A stretch of DNA of 64,000 nt from an uncultured Bacteriovoracaceae bacterium (GCA_964012805.1 CAXGUD010000015.1:23419-87418), one strand, 5' to 3'; shown: positions 1 to 10,204, counted from the stretch's first letter. Notes: generated by a model not told the origin, from the letters alone. Made by a program: numbers and translations.

Positions 1-1498
1 TCATATAACCATTATCAAGGTTATTAATAAGTGTATCCTTTGATTTTTTTTGAAAATAGTAATGGCTCATAAGGTCTTCCAAGCTGATACGCTCAACTTC
101 AAGCTTCTTATTTTGCTCATAAATAATACTGGTTTTTCTTTTTATTTCTTCTTCGAGCCTTATATGGTAAGTATCCCTCTCCTTAGCAAGTTGATCCTTT
201 CCTTCCTTAGCAATATCTTTGAATTTGTAAGCCCTCTTCTTATATTTTTGATAATTCCTTACATTTTTTTCAGCTAAAAATAAGGCCATTAAAAAGACTG
301 TTCCTAAAATGAAAAAATCTGCACGATGAGGAGGGTTTAAATAACCAATTTCGATGAGGGCATCATGAATAAAGCCTATAATCCCTAAAAATAAAGCAAA
401 AATGGATAAAAATGAGAATTTTAATTTATGCCTTGCAGCCTGGATCATATAATAAAAATACAGGACAAAAATTGATAAGAAGAAAGGGTGATAAAATTTT
501 AAAATTGTCCCAGATAAAAACTCTATTGAAGGGGTCATCAAACAAGACAGACAAAAAGTTAGAGAAACAATATTTACAGTATCCTTAAACTTTTTAGGCA
601 AAAGATAGGGAAACATAACAAAAATAATCTTTCCATACAAGTAGGGAAAGACAAAAAAGGATAAGTACTCCATACGTAAAAGAACTTGATATAAAACAAG
701 ATCGGGGCTAAAAAGAAAAGGTATATACCTCTCTGTAAAGCCTAACCTATATGCTATGAGAAGAGAAAGAAGAGAGAAGAAAAAGACCTGTTTATCCTTA
801 GTATTTCTTATATAAAGATAAAGAAAATAGAATCCAAATATAATAAGACCACCCATCACAAAGAAGTCTTTTCTGGCGCCTTTACTTCTTTCAGTTCTGA
901 TTATTCTTTCATCACCTAACTCCAGCTTTAAAAATCTTCCTTCTCTAAAATAATTATTAGACACATGAACTAAAATCTTAAAATTTTTTTCTCCACCCAA
1001 ATCAAAAAAAGAATATTGGTTTTCCCACCAAGGGATAATTCTATTTTCCTTTAAGGAGACATGGCCCTGACTTGAAACTTCAATAGGCTTTCTTCCCTCA
1101 ATGAGAATAAAAATTTTATGGGCCGACTTTATTGAAACTTTTAGTCCAACTCTTTTAAAAGGGCTATTTAATACATTTAAAAGATAAGTTCCTGACCCTA
1201 TTTTTTTTGCATTTTTATCTTTTCCCCAAAAGTGAGGAATTGTTACTTCTCTAAAGCTATCAGGCTTTTGAAAAGAGACTAAATCCTTAGGGTCTACAAA
1301 TTCCCCCCAATTAAACAGCATTTCACCTTTAACAATATAGCTCTCATGAATAACTTTATTGGTTTTACGAGCATCAACCTTACTACTAAAATCCACAACA
1401 CCTTTGTTTGAAAAAATAAATGAAGATGACTCACTTCCCAAAACACTTAAGGAGTAAGTATTCATTATGAAAAGAAAAAAAGTATAGAAAAGTCTCAA
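1..1498 (-). CDS. 7TM-DISM-type membrane sensor protein, partial (runs off window start; not in ORF track)
   Basis: Translated by hand from TTG at 1498: MRLFYTFFLFIMNTYSLSVLG...KGEMLFNWGEFVDP...IPHFWGK...GSGTYLLNV, then about 7 hydrophobic segments, a coiled coil and KDTLINNLDNGYM at the edge. Layout matches the N-terminus of the 31996..35979 protein. Confidence 0.75.
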   Translation of the reverse strand, partial: MRLFYTFFLFIMNTYSLSVLGSESSSFIFSNKGVVDFSSKVDARKTNKVIHESYIVKGEMLFNWGEFVDPKDLVSFQKPDSFREVTIPHFWGKDKNAKKIGSGTYLLNVLNSPFKRVGLKVSIKSAHKIFILIEGRKPIEVSSQGHVSLKENRIIPWWENQYSFFDLGGEKNFKILVHVSNNYFREGRFLKLELGDERIIRTERSKGARKDFFVMGGLIIFGFYFLYLYIRNTKDKQVFFFSLLSLLIAYRLGFTERYIPFLFSPDLVLYQVLLRMEYLSFFVFPYLYGKIIFVMFPYLLPKKFKDTVNIVSLTFCLSCLMTPSIEFLSGTILKFYHPFFLSIFVLYFYYMIQAARHKLKFSFLSIFALFLGIIGFIHDALIEIGYLNPPHRADFFILGTVFLMALFLAEKNVRNYQKYKKRAYKFKDIAKEGKDQLAKERDTYHIRLEEEIKRKTSIIYEQNKKLEVERISLEDLMSHYYFQKKSKDTLINNLDNGYM

Positions 1499-1535
1499 TT
1501 TAAATCACTTTTTTTATAGATTACATTCGAACTAT

Positions 1536-1562
1536 TTTTCGGTTTTAGCAAATTTTTCCTTA
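1536..1562 (-). promoter_or_regulatory. Putative sigma28 (FliA) promoter
   Basis: Minus strand TAAG-N15-ACCGAAAA upstream of the 1498 start; consensus is TAAA-N15-GCCGATAA. Confidence 0.45.
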
Positions 1563-1696
1563 ATTATACCCAAGGTGTAGTTTTTTAAATTTAAATAAAT
1601 TTTATTACATTTTTTGAATTGAACTATTCTCGAAAAGACCTAATTTTTTCTAAGAACGATAAATGTACTTTTTTATTTAATAATGGACAAATTAAA

Positions 1697-2629
1697 CTAT
1701 TTAGAAATTTTATTATCTTTTAATATCTTATTTAATTTTCTCAGAACATTTTTCCAAGAGTATTTAAGATTTTTTTTAAGTTCCTCCTCTTTATTTTTTT
1801 TCTTTAAAGTTGAAGTTTTCATGGAAGGGCCAGAAAAAACTTTTTCAGTTTTTGGCCTTTGAACTTTAAAAGTCACCTTTTGCTCAATGTTATTTCCCTT
1901 AACATCATAGAATGGAAGAAAAGGAAGGACTTTTTTTTCTTCGTCATCAATACTTCTTAACTCCTCCGCAACATCTTTTTCCAAATCATCAACTTTATTT
2001 AAAGCTTCCTTAGAGTTTTTATCTTGTGCAAAAATTAAATGATCTCCCGGTTTTAAACTTTTTTCCTCTTTCGTTAAATTATTTCTAACCATTACATCCC
2101 CCTCTAAAAGGGCCATCTGAACAACATTATTGCCTAATTCATCAGTCCGATTATTTACTAAAACCTTAGTTCCTCTAATTCCCATAGAAGCTGTTCCAGA
2201 AATAATTTTTAGAGAGTCCTTTTTGGATTTAACTGGAATAGAGGCCCTTAATTTTCCTTTTATTAAATTAAAGAGACCTGTTCGGTCTTTGGGAGTCTTG
2301 TAATTAAAATCTTTAAAGTGAACTCTTGAAAAGCTTGACATTGTAAAAATGGATTGATCAACGAGCTTAATTTTTACAAAACTTCCCTTTCCAGTTGCTA
2401 TCACCTGATTTTTTTTAATTTTTGATGTCTCTTTTAGGGCCACCATTTTTCCATTTTCCTCTACTCGACTGACCGTACCTTTTAGCATAATAATACGACC
2501 TAGAAATGTCGGTATGGCCTGTCCATTTTTATTTAGCTTGTAATCTGGTTCTTGCTGACTGAATACCATCCCCGATAAAACTATATTAAGGAAAAGAAAT
2601 TTGATCACTGGCCAAAATCTAAAAAGCAT
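1697..2629 (-). CDS. FecR-domain exported protein
   Basis: Signal peptide; IATGKGSFVKIKLVDQS...LIKGKLRA...TASMGIRGT...LLEGDVMV FecR pattern. Confidence 0.75.
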   Translation of the reverse strand: MLFRFWPVIKFLFLNIVLSGMVFSQQEPDYKLNKNGQAIPTFLGRIIMLKGTVSRVEENGKMVALKETSKIKKNQVIATGKGSFVKIKLVDQSIFTMSSFSRVHFKDFNYKTPKDRTGLFNLIKGKLRASIPVKSKKDSLKIISGTASMGIRGTKVLVNNRTDELGNNVVQMALLEGDVMVRNNLTKEEKSLKPGDHLIFAQDKNSKEALNKVDDLEKDVAEELRSIDDEEKKVLPFLPFYDVKGNNIEQKVTFKVQRPKTEKVFSGPSMKTSTLKKKNKEEELKKNLKYSWKNVLRKLNKILKDNKISK

Positions 2630-2832
2630 AAAATATGACTCTTTTATTTAATAATTAAAGTACCATCTCACTCATAAATCCCCATCGTTTATTATAACAA
2701 ATTTCTAAAGCTTTCCCTCTACCTCCTTGCCCTCTTTTCTTATAGTTTCTGTTGAAAAACTCTCTTGGCCAACCTACAATCCAATTATTTTTGTTTTCCC
2801 TAATAAAAAACAGATTCCTTTAAGGAGGTCCG

Positions 2833-3201
2833 GTGATGAAACAGCTTAATGTTTTGGGAACTGAGCTAAAGACTTGTTCCGCAAACCCTCTAACAGGTTA
2901 TTTTAGAGACGGCTGCTGCAATACAAATCATGAAGACACAGGAATTCATTCTGTTTGTGCAATTATGACAAAAGAGTTTCTAGACTTTTCCCAAAATCGA
3001 GGGAATGACCTGAAAACGCCTGTTCCTGTTGCCCAGTTTCCAGGGCTTAAGCCAGGTGATCAATGGTGTCTTTGCGCAAGCCGTTGGATAGAGGCCTATA
3101 AAGCCGGACATGCTCCAAAAGTCGTCCTTGAGTCAACCAACGAAGAGACCCTTGTAATGGTTTCCCTAGACGTTTTACAGCAATTTGACAGTAAAAATTA
3201 A
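2833..3201 (+). CDS. DUF2237 family protein
   Basis: NVLG..L..CS..PLTGYFRDGCC, GNDL.TP, FPGLKPGDQWCLCASRW.EA motifs; AAGGAGG RBS. Confidence 0.9.
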   Translation: MMKQLNVLGTELKTCSANPLTGYFRDGCCNTNHEDTGIHSVCAIMTKEFLDFSQNRGNDLKTPVPVAQFPGLKPGDQWCLCASRWIEAYKAGHAPKVVLESTNEETLVMVSLDVLQQFDSKN

Positions 3202-3215
3202 TTTAAAGGACTCTC

Positions 3216-5027
3216 ATGAAAAATAAGAAAACCACTTCCAAAAGCTCAGGCCTAAGGCCATCAGGCTTATTCTTACTTGTCTTTTCTCTTCGTATGTTCT
3301 TTATCCATCAGGGATTTAGTGCCGAGACTCTTCCTGGCTGCTATCTTTATAAGACTCCAAAGGAGATGAGGTACTTCAAGGCCCAAAACAAAAAATCGTT
3401 TTTCATATGCCTTGGTTACCTGCATGGAAGTCAACACCCCTACAGTCTTGACCTAATGAGGAGGCAGGCCTATGGAAGACTGAGTGTTCTCAAAGGTCAA
3501 GCGACCTATGAATCTGATTTTTTGATGAGAATGTTAAACTTAGAAAAGCTATCAAAAAGACTTTGGGAGAACCTTTCACCTGATATTCAAGATTATTTTG
3601 AATTTTACACACTTGGCATTAATACCGGACTTAAAGAAGCCATACAGAGAAGGTTGCCGGTTTATAAAACGGCCCCAGCACCAAAAAAGTGGCATCCTCG
3701 ACACTCCTTGGCGCTCCTTCTTTTATACCACTTTGAAGTAACAAAAAAACAATTACCCTCTCTCCTCTCAAAAACCCCAGGGGGAACAAACAATTTAATC
3801 CGAAGCTTATTCCAAGCAGGGCCTTTTATAGAAAATCATTTTGCAGATCCCACCTTAATTGGATTTAAAGCTCCACTTTCTTTTCAATTCCCTCTTTTCA
3901 AAGATTTTTTTGGCGCACAATTCAAAGAATCACCTTTGATGGGTGCTTCTATTCCAGGAATTCCTCTTTTTTTTCAAGGGTTTAATCAATTTTTCAGCTG
4001 GTCTCTTTTACCAAAGTCCTCATTAGAATTACAATCTATAGATCTTGTCCCTGAGGATGAACTCACTATTCACCAAATTTATCCCCTCATTAAAATAAAA
4101 AAAGGTCCTGTTCTTGTTGAATCCCAGAACAAAAGTTATCAAGTAACAAGAGAAGGTCACCCCATCCTTCCTCTTAAAAAGCCGAAAGGAGAAAAGGCCC
4201 TGCTAAAATGGAGGGGTTTAAAACTAAAAGCCCACCATATAGAAAAACTTTTTGAACTCCAATGGATTTTAGGTGGGGTTTCAACTAAAGGCACTGTTGA
4301 CAGTAACGTTATCGAAGAAATTGGAGAAAAATCTATTCATACAAGTTTTGCCAATAATTTTTTTGATTTTATTATATCCAGCTCAGACTCCAACGATAAA
4401 TCTCCGATAACAAGCTCAAACCACTTTAGAAAAAATCCTAAAAAAGACTTTATTATTTCTAACTCTCTTTATATTCAAAAAACCTTGGCCTCCTTCAAAA
4501 CCACTACCAGGAAGTGGAACTTCAAGCATTTAAGGGCCTTTCAATGCTCAGATTTTCCCTTTCCTTTTCAAAAAAATGAACTCGTAAAAAAGAAAGAGCT
4601 TTTTTTGAAAAAAGTAAAAGTGAGCCGCATTAGTTTTTCTCAAAAAAAAGCCTACAATCTGATAAAAAAATGGAGGGGAAAATGGAGAGAAGACTGTAGA
4701 CCCTGCACCTTCTTTTACGTCTGGTTTTTCAATACCAAAAATGGATCAGCGGGAACAATACAAAGAGGCTTTGAAGAGGCAGTTTCAACCTTTAGAGAAA
4801 AGCTAAAACTCAATGTACCAACATGGGACTCCTTTAAAAGATTAAACTCTTTCTTTCTCAAAAAAAGGTCTTTTCAAAGCTTACTTATGGTTAGAGACCA
4901 AAATCAAAGCAAGGTTTTTCTTACCAGTAAAGGGCAACAAGAAAACTCTTGCTCCTTAAAAGAAGCTCCGCTTTTTATAAACTGGGAAGAAGAAGACCTC
5001 AGGTACAGACGGTTTAAAAACCTTTAG
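3216..5027 (+). CDS. Divergent penicillin acylase / Ntn-hydrolase family protein
   Basis: LGYLHG...LDLMRRQAYGRLS...G.....SD alpha-subunit motif; GASIPGIP..FQGFN beta-subunit motif; GTNN at the usual GSNN site. Confidence 0.6.
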   Translation: MKNKKTTSKSSGLRPSGLFLLVFSLRMFFIHQGFSAETLPGCYLYKTPKEMRYFKAQNKKSFFICLGYLHGSQHPYSLDLMRRQAYGRLSVLKGQATYESDFLMRMLNLEKLSKRLWENLSPDIQDYFEFYTLGINTGLKEAIQRRLPVYKTAPAPKKWHPRHSLALLLLYHFEVTKKQLPSLLSKTPGGTNNLIRSLFQAGPFIENHFADPTLIGFKAPLSFQFPLFKDFFGAQFKESPLMGASIPGIPLFFQGFNQFFSWSLLPKSSLELQSIDLVPEDELTIHQIYPLIKIKKGPVLVESQNKSYQVTREGHPILPLKKPKGEKALLKWRGLKLKAHHIEKLFELQWILGGVSTKGTVDSNVIEEIGEKSIHTSFANNFFDFIISSSDSNDKSPITSSNHFRKNPKKDFIISNSLYIQKTLASFKTTTRKWNFKHLRAFQCSDFPFPFQKNELVKKKELFLKKVKVSRISFSQKKAYNLIKKWRGKWREDCRPCTFFYVWFFNTKNGSAGTIQRGFEEAVSTFREKLKLNVPTWDSFKRLNSFFLKKRSFQSLLMVRDQNQSKVFLTSKGQQENSCSLKEAPLFINWEEEDLRYRRFKNL

Positions 5028-5101
5028 ATCCATATGACATTTTTAATAAGAACCCGGTTCCCATTTATCTATGCAATAACTAAGACAAATATTTAAAAAT
5101 A

Positions 5102-5126
5102 GAGGCGGCAATATGACAGCCGCCTC
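5102..5126 (-). terminator. Intrinsic terminator between convergent genes
   Basis: GAGGCGGC-N9-GCCGCCTC stem, followed by a T-rich tract on the minus strand. Confidence 0.7.
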
Positions 5127-5136
5127 ACACAAAAAA

Positions 5137-5952
5137 TTACTGCAGGGGAATAATCCTTCCATCTCCAACAATATGATACATCTCTGAAGACTGAGTCGTT
5201 TTTGTCATCGAAGTTATCGTGTAGGTTATCTTCATCAGGGCAGAAACAACGGGGTTTTCTTTTGTTCCATGGTTCACAACTTCGAGGAGCTCTGTATGAG
5301 AATTAAATTTTTGCCCCCATCTTACCTTGATTTTCAGCGGCGTTATGTTGACGGCTGCCAAAAATTTCCCTTTTCCATTAAAACTACCACTGTGGGTAAA
5401 GTGAACGGCATAATCAAACTTCACCAACTCCTTCCCCGTCCTTCCTTTTGCACTAAAAGAAAAAGTCTTTGACTTTGGTAAGGACCAACGCTCCAAGTCC
5501 ATGGGAATAATGTCTCTACCTTCAACCTGGGGCAAAACGCTAATTGGGACATGATTTGACCTTAAAATAGGCTTCCCCATAACAACCAAATCCCAAGCTC
5601 TTTCTCCCAAGGCAACGATTGCCTTAATCACTTCGAGAGGGTTCGTGCTCCCTCCTCCTCCCCTAATAGTACCGCCACTGTTTTCAAAACTTGGCATATC
5701 TAATTGTGTCAAAACGTTATTTTCAGAGGTAACAGAAATTTCAAAAACATCACTATCCTGCTCTGCTAAACTAGGCGGACTCAAAAAATCACGACCCTGA
5801 AGAGGGTATTCCTCAAAGGAAAGGGACCGAACCGAGAGGTCCGGTGCCTTCTCCACAGCCCCTATGGCCATTATATTTAAACTAAAAAAGAAAGCTATAA
5901 CGTAAGACAAAAGGGGGGAACGGATGGTCTGGATTAAATTCTTAAGTATCAT
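5137..5952 (-). CDS. Hypothetical exported protein
   Basis: 271 aa ORF, AGGAG RBS, hydrophobic N-terminus, beta-rich C-terminal half. Confidence 0.7.
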   Translation of the reverse strand: MILKNLIQTIRSPLLSYVIAFFFSLNIMAIGAVEKAPDLSVRSLSFEEYPLQGRDFLSPPSLAEQDSDVFEISVTSENNVLTQLDMPSFENSGGTIRGGGGSTNPLEVIKAIVALGERAWDLVVMGKPILRSNHVPISVLPQVEGRDIIPMDLERWSLPKSKTFSFSAKGRTGKELVKFDYAVHFTHSGSFNGKGKFLAAVNITPLKIKVRWGQKFNSHTELLEVVNHGTKENPVVSALMKITYTITSMTKTTQSSEMYHIVGDGRIIPLQ

Positions 5953-6179
5953 TAATTATCTCCTGTCGTAAAAAAATATGCTGTCCATCATAGCTTAAGG
6001 AATTTCAAAATGGTATCAATTTGGGACCAAATAATTAAATGATGATAATTGAAATGAGAGGTATTTGATTATCCAAAATCTAATAGTTGCTAAAAGGTAT
6101 GAATTGTTTAAAGACAAATTTGTTAAAAAAGCGAGTAAATGCCTAAAAAAAGTCAAAAACTCATAATATTTTTACGTAA

Positions 6180-6223
6180 TAACAACCATAACAATCCTAA
6201 CAATCCTAACAATCTTAACCTCC
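6180..6223 (+). repeat. 9-bp tandem repeat (TAACAAYCH)x4 plus a degenerate fifth copy upstream of the phosphate symporter
   Basis: TAACAACCA TAACAATCC TAACAATCC TAACAATCT TAACCTCC read directly. Confidence 0.85.
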
Positions 6224-6307
6224 TAAAACTAACACAATTTTAATTTTGAAATTGACTATTCTCCTGTTAATAAAGCTGATGAGTAATAAAATTTAGGAGA
6301 AAAAGAC

Positions 6308-7480
6308 ATGGATCAATTTTCAAGCCCTGAAGAGGCCATTCAACCTAGCGGGTCTCCTCTAAAAGGCCAAGCAATTATTGAGACGTTTGGAAGGATTCTA
6401 ACTGTTTTAGCACTTCTTTTCACTTTTCTTGTTGGGGTTAAAATACTAACATCTGGGATCAAGTTAATGGGAGGTGGGTTCGCTCAAACCCTTTTTGACG
6501 TCACATCAAACCCACTTCTAAGCCTCCTATCGGGTATGTTGGCCACGGCGCTCCTTCAAAGTTCTTCGACAACGACTTCTATTATCGTTGGTCTTGTTTC
6601 CGGTGGTGCCCTTAATTTAGCAGGTGCAATTCCTATGATTATGGGAGCAAACCTCGGTACATCAGTTACCAATACTCTTGTTTCATTGGCCTATCTGAAA
6701 GATAAAGACTCTTTTCAACGCTCTTTTGCTGCGGCCACTGTTCATGATTTTTTTAATATTCTTTCCGTTCTAGTGCTCTTGCCATTAGAGCTTGCAACTG
6801 GAATTCTGGAAAAGCTAGCGACGTCTGTCTCGGCTTTCCTTTACGGAAACATGACCGGCTTGACCTATTCTTCACCACTTAAGGCTGCCATTAAACCTCT
6901 TGCTAAAGGTGCGAAAACCTTTATAACTCAAAACCTAGGCCTCGAAGGAAATGCCGCTGGAATTGGGCTCATGCTTTTAGGGGCAGGAATTACAATCATT
7001 GCCCTCACTACTGTTGTAAAAGTCATGAAAGTTGTCATTGAAAGAAATAAAGGTGACATAATTGAAAAGCTTCTCTCTAAAAACCCTTATACAGCAATCT
7101 TATTTGGAGGCGTCTTAACATTTTGTGTCCAATCAAGCTCAATCACAACATCACTGCTTGTACCTATGGCGGGGTCAGGACTTCTTTCCATTGCTTCTAT
7201 TTTACCTGTTACCTTAGGGGCCAATATTGGAACCACCACTACAGCACTTTTGGCAGCTCTCACGGGTAACAGCGCAGGCCTGGCCATTGCCCTTGTGCAC
7301 TTTTTCTTTAATATACTTGGGATTTTAATCTGGTTTCCCGCTGAAAAGATGAGGCGCACACCTATTATTCTATCGACAAAACTAGGTAAACTATCGGCCA
7401 AAAATAAAATGATAGGCTTCCTCTATATAGGTGTTGTCTTTTTTGGCCTTCCTCTTATTGGAGTCTTTATTACGAATTAA
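6308..7480 (+). CDS. nptA: Na+/phosphate symporter (NptA / SLC34 type)
   Basis: Two QSSS repeats (LLQSSSTTTS, VQSSSITTS) with GANLGTS / GANIGTT motifs and TVHDFFN. Confidence 0.9.
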   Translation: MDQFSSPEEAIQPSGSPLKGQAIIETFGRILTVLALLFTFLVGVKILTSGIKLMGGGFAQTLFDVTSNPLLSLLSGMLATALLQSSSTTTSIIVGLVSGGALNLAGAIPMIMGANLGTSVTNTLVSLAYLKDKDSFQRSFAAATVHDFFNILSVLVLLPLELATGILEKLATSVSAFLYGNMTGLTYSSPLKAAIKPLAKGAKTFITQNLGLEGNAAGIGLMLLGAGITIIALTTVVKVMKVVIERNKGDIIEKLLSKNPYTAILFGGVLTFCVQSSSITTSLLVPMAGSGLLSIASILPVTLGANIGTTTTALLAALTGNSAGLAIALVHFFFNILGILIWFPAEKMRRTPIILSTKLGKLSAKNKMIGFLYIGVVFFGLPLIGVFITN

Positions 7481-7514
7481 AAGCGAAGTAACTCAAACCT
7501 TCATATAAAAGCCA

Positions 7515-7559
7515 AGCATAAAAAAAGGTCAACCTCAAAAGGTGGCCTTTTTTTATGCT
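7515..7559 (+). terminator. Intrinsic terminator
   Basis: AGCATAAAAAAAGGTCAACC...GGTGGCCTTTTTTTATGCT hairpin with T-tract. Confidence 0.75.
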
Positions 7560-7650
7560 CTTTTCTTTGTTTTTTTTTAAGCCTATTATTCTTTTTATAA
7601 CCCTCCAATACCCTTATTTATATAAGTTGGAATGATAAAAAGGGAAAGAA

Positions 7651-8232
7651 ATGGAAAAAAGACTTAGCTTTGGGCCAGAAGTCGATGTTGAAAATTGTGC
7701 TTATATACACCCAACAACTCAACTTTACGGAAAGATTGAAGCATCTAAAGACAGTTCTTTCTGGCCATACTCAGTCGTTAGGTCTGAAATGAATAGCGTA
7801 AAAATTGGCGTTATGACAAACATCCAAGACTTTGTCATGATCCATATTGGGACGAAACAAGGAACAACAATTGGCAAATACTGCTCTATTACCCACAGGG
7901 TGACATTACATGGATGCACAATTGGAGACTATTGCCTTGTTGGAATTAACTCAACCATTATGGACGGCTGCCAAATAGGTCATAATTGTATAATAGGTGG
8001 TCACACCTTCTTAAAAGAAAACACAATTATTCCTGATAACTCCATTGTTATGGGAACCCCAGGCAAGGTTATCAAAGTAAAAAATAACAAACTCAAAAAT
8101 AAACTTAACGCCATTTTCTATTATAAAAATGCTTTGGCCTACCAAAAGGGAATGCATCGGGCCTGGTCCAAAGAAAACATATTTCAAGACATGTTAAAAA
8201 CAGGTAAAAAGTTTTGGGCAACAGATCATTAG
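7651..8232 (+). CDS. Gamma carbonic anhydrase family (hexapeptide repeat) protein
   Basis: TNIQD..MIH and ITHRVTLHGCTIG (three metal-binding His); hexapeptide repeats. Confidence 0.9.
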   Translation: MEKRLSFGPEVDVENCAYIHPTTQLYGKIEASKDSSFWPYSVVRSEMNSVKIGVMTNIQDFVMIHIGTKQGTTIGKYCSITHRVTLHGCTIGDYCLVGINSTIMDGCQIGHNCIIGGHTFLKENTIIPDNSIVMGTPGKVIKVKNNKLKNKLNAIFYYKNALAYQKGMHRAWSKENIFQDMLKTGKKFWATDH

Positions 8233-8239
8233 AGAAACT

Positions 8240-9055
8240 TTAAAAACAAAAGGTCTTCACTTTTTCTCTATAAACGGCCACGAGCTCGCTATCATCTTCA
8301 TCATTAGGGTGAAAAGAGGGTCTAAAATAATAGAAGTAACTTTTAAAGAAAAGGGGGGAGCTTTTAATAAGATGCGCAGAAAAACAGAGTAATTCTTTAA
8401 AAAATTTTAAGGAAACATTTGATTTATCTGACCACAAAAAGCAAAACATTAATTGGAAAATAACTATTAAAAAAACCATGGAAACTTGAATAAAAGAGTA
8501 TGCTCTCAACCAAAAAGGACCATCGATCTCCTTATATAAATTAAAGGCCACACTCTTATGTTCTAGCTCTTCTAATGCGTGGTAGTACCAAATTTTTTTA
8601 TACTCAAATGAAACACCTTCAAGCCATTTCACATCTCTCAAAATATGCCGGGCAAGGATTGTAGTAAGGTGCTCAGAAGCGACGGTTAAGGCCAATGCAA
8701 ACCTTGGACTCAAGTACTTATTTCCCAACTCCATAAAGACCTTAAAAGGATAAATTAATCGATCCACGGAGTATCCACTCTCTTTTAAGTTCCGGTTAAA
8801 CCACAAATCATGTTCCTGAAAATGCTTGGTTTCTTGATAAATAAAGTGCTTAACACTTTTTTTTAAATCAAGGCACTTAATGCTTTCTTGGTTAAGCTTC
8901 ATACTTTTAATAAAAAACAGCTCACCCACTGGCAACAATAAGCTTAGTGAATTAAAAAAGTGGTTGAAAAACCTATTTTGTTTCCACCAATTTTTGGGCA
9001 TAGAAGAAGGCTTTTTTATTAAAACCCTCTTCTCTTGAAGATGAGTCGTTTCCAT
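8240..9055 (-). CDS. Predicted metal-dependent hydrolase (Metal_hydrol type)
   Basis: FFNSLSLLLPVGE.FFI, QE..H..EH, SEHLT, HALEELEHKSVAF, YFRPSFHP motifs. Confidence 0.85.
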   Translation of the reverse strand: METTHLQEKRVLIKKPSSMPKNWWKQNRFFNHFFNSLSLLLPVGELFFIKSMKLNQESIKCLDLKKSVKHFIYQETKHFQEHDLWFNRNLKESGYSVDRLIYPFKVFMELGNKYLSPRFALALTVASEHLTTILARHILRDVKWLEGVSFEYKKIWYYHALEELEHKSVAFNLYKEIDGPFWLRAYSFIQVSMVFLIVIFQLMFCFLWSDKSNVSLKFFKELLCFSAHLIKSSPLFFKSYFYYFRPSFHPNDEDDSELVAVYREKVKTFCF

Positions 9056-9187
9056 TTTTATTGGCCCTGTCTTGCAAACTATTGAAAATACTGAGTTATG
9101 ATTACCATATTAAAGTCAAAGAATATGCCTTTTGACAATTTCTTGGTATATTTTATAGGCTTTTAGACCAAAAATGGTCATTTGAAG

Positions 9188-10030
9188 TTATTTGGATAGA
9201 CCAAATAGACTCAGGTTAAGCTGATAGACTTTATCTTTATACTTGCCTTTTGAAGTCACTTTGTTGACGTCTCTAATGAGACTCTTCATTTTCTTGATTA
9301 TTTCTGGAAGCTTTTCACTATCAACGGCGAAAGTTAGAGCACTTAATTCCCGTAACTCATAGACAGGTGAATCTTCCAAAGATTCTTTGGTTAAATCAAT
9401 CATGCTCTTGTGATAGTTAAATTTAGCATCATTTAAAATATTATCATCAACTGTTTCAAGAGAAGCATTTATCTTAACGTAACCTTTTGAAGGGTCTTTT
9501 TTTATAAGCCCTAACTTTTTTAGAAGAGTCAAAGACTCCTTAACATCTTCTTCAGTAACACCACCTTTTAGCTTATCCGCAATAAGTTTCGCGCTATGGC
9601 AGTTATTTTTTGTATCTAAAAACTCATAAATTGCCACAGCATACCACTTCGATAAAAAAGCATGCTGATTATAACCCAGCTTATAGACATCAAATTTTTC
9701 AGACCTTAAAAAAAGGAGTCTTTGGAAGTATTCAGACCTCAATTCCTGATCGGTGCTTTGATTGTAAAGAACAAGGTTTTCAAAGTACTTTTTTTCATTT
9801 CCTTTTAGGGATAGGCCTTTAACAAATTTCGGTATGGATTTCTGAGTTAAGTTCCTTTTACCGTGCATAATCATATTAAGGTAGGAAGTGGAACTAATTC
9901 CAGCTTTATTGCAAAAAACTCTATAACTGTATCTTGAGTTTAATGACTTTTTATATTCGTAGAAAGCTTTTAAAAAATCACGGTAATTATCAAATGCGAA
10001 AATATTAATTTGTGTTTCGTTTTTACTCAT
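9188..10030 (-). CDS. TIGR02147 / DUF4423 family HTH protein
   Basis: YRDFLK.FY..KK.....SYR.F..KAG.SS.SYL..I..GKRNL N-terminus; W...AI.E; VYQLNLSLF C-terminus. Confidence 0.85.
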   Translation of the reverse strand: MSKNETQINIFAFDNYRDFLKAFYEYKKSLNSRYSYRVFCNKAGISSTSYLNMIMHGKRNLTQKSIPKFVKGLSLKGNEKKYFENLVLYNQSTDQELRSEYFQRLLFLRSEKFDVYKLGYNQHAFLSKWYAVAIYEFLDTKNNCHSAKLIADKLKGGVTEEDVKESLTLLKKLGLIKKDPSKGYVKINASLETVDDNILNDAKFNYHKSMIDLTKESLEDSPVYELRELSALTFAVDSEKLPEIIKKMKSLIRDVNKVTSKGKYKDKVYQLNLSLFGLSK

Positions 10031-10204
10031 CTCAAAGGCGTCCTTTCCCTTTTGATCATATTACATCTATTACTGCAATTATAACCCAATTCATTTTTAA
10101 AAAATAGATTCATCTCTTTTCTTTAGGTTTAATGGATGCTTAGCAGGTATTTTACAAAGCTTACGAAGCATCTTAATTGACTAATTATTGACCAGAAAAT
10201 TTAA

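Noticed and set aside
50..277. 75 aa plus-strand ORF
   Set aside because: It is antisense to the long 7TM sensor frame and has no RBS or recognisable motif.
9061..9076. TGGCCCTGTCTTGC as a sigma54 promoter
   Set aside because: GG-to-GC spacing is 9 rather than 10 and it points at no plus-strand gene.
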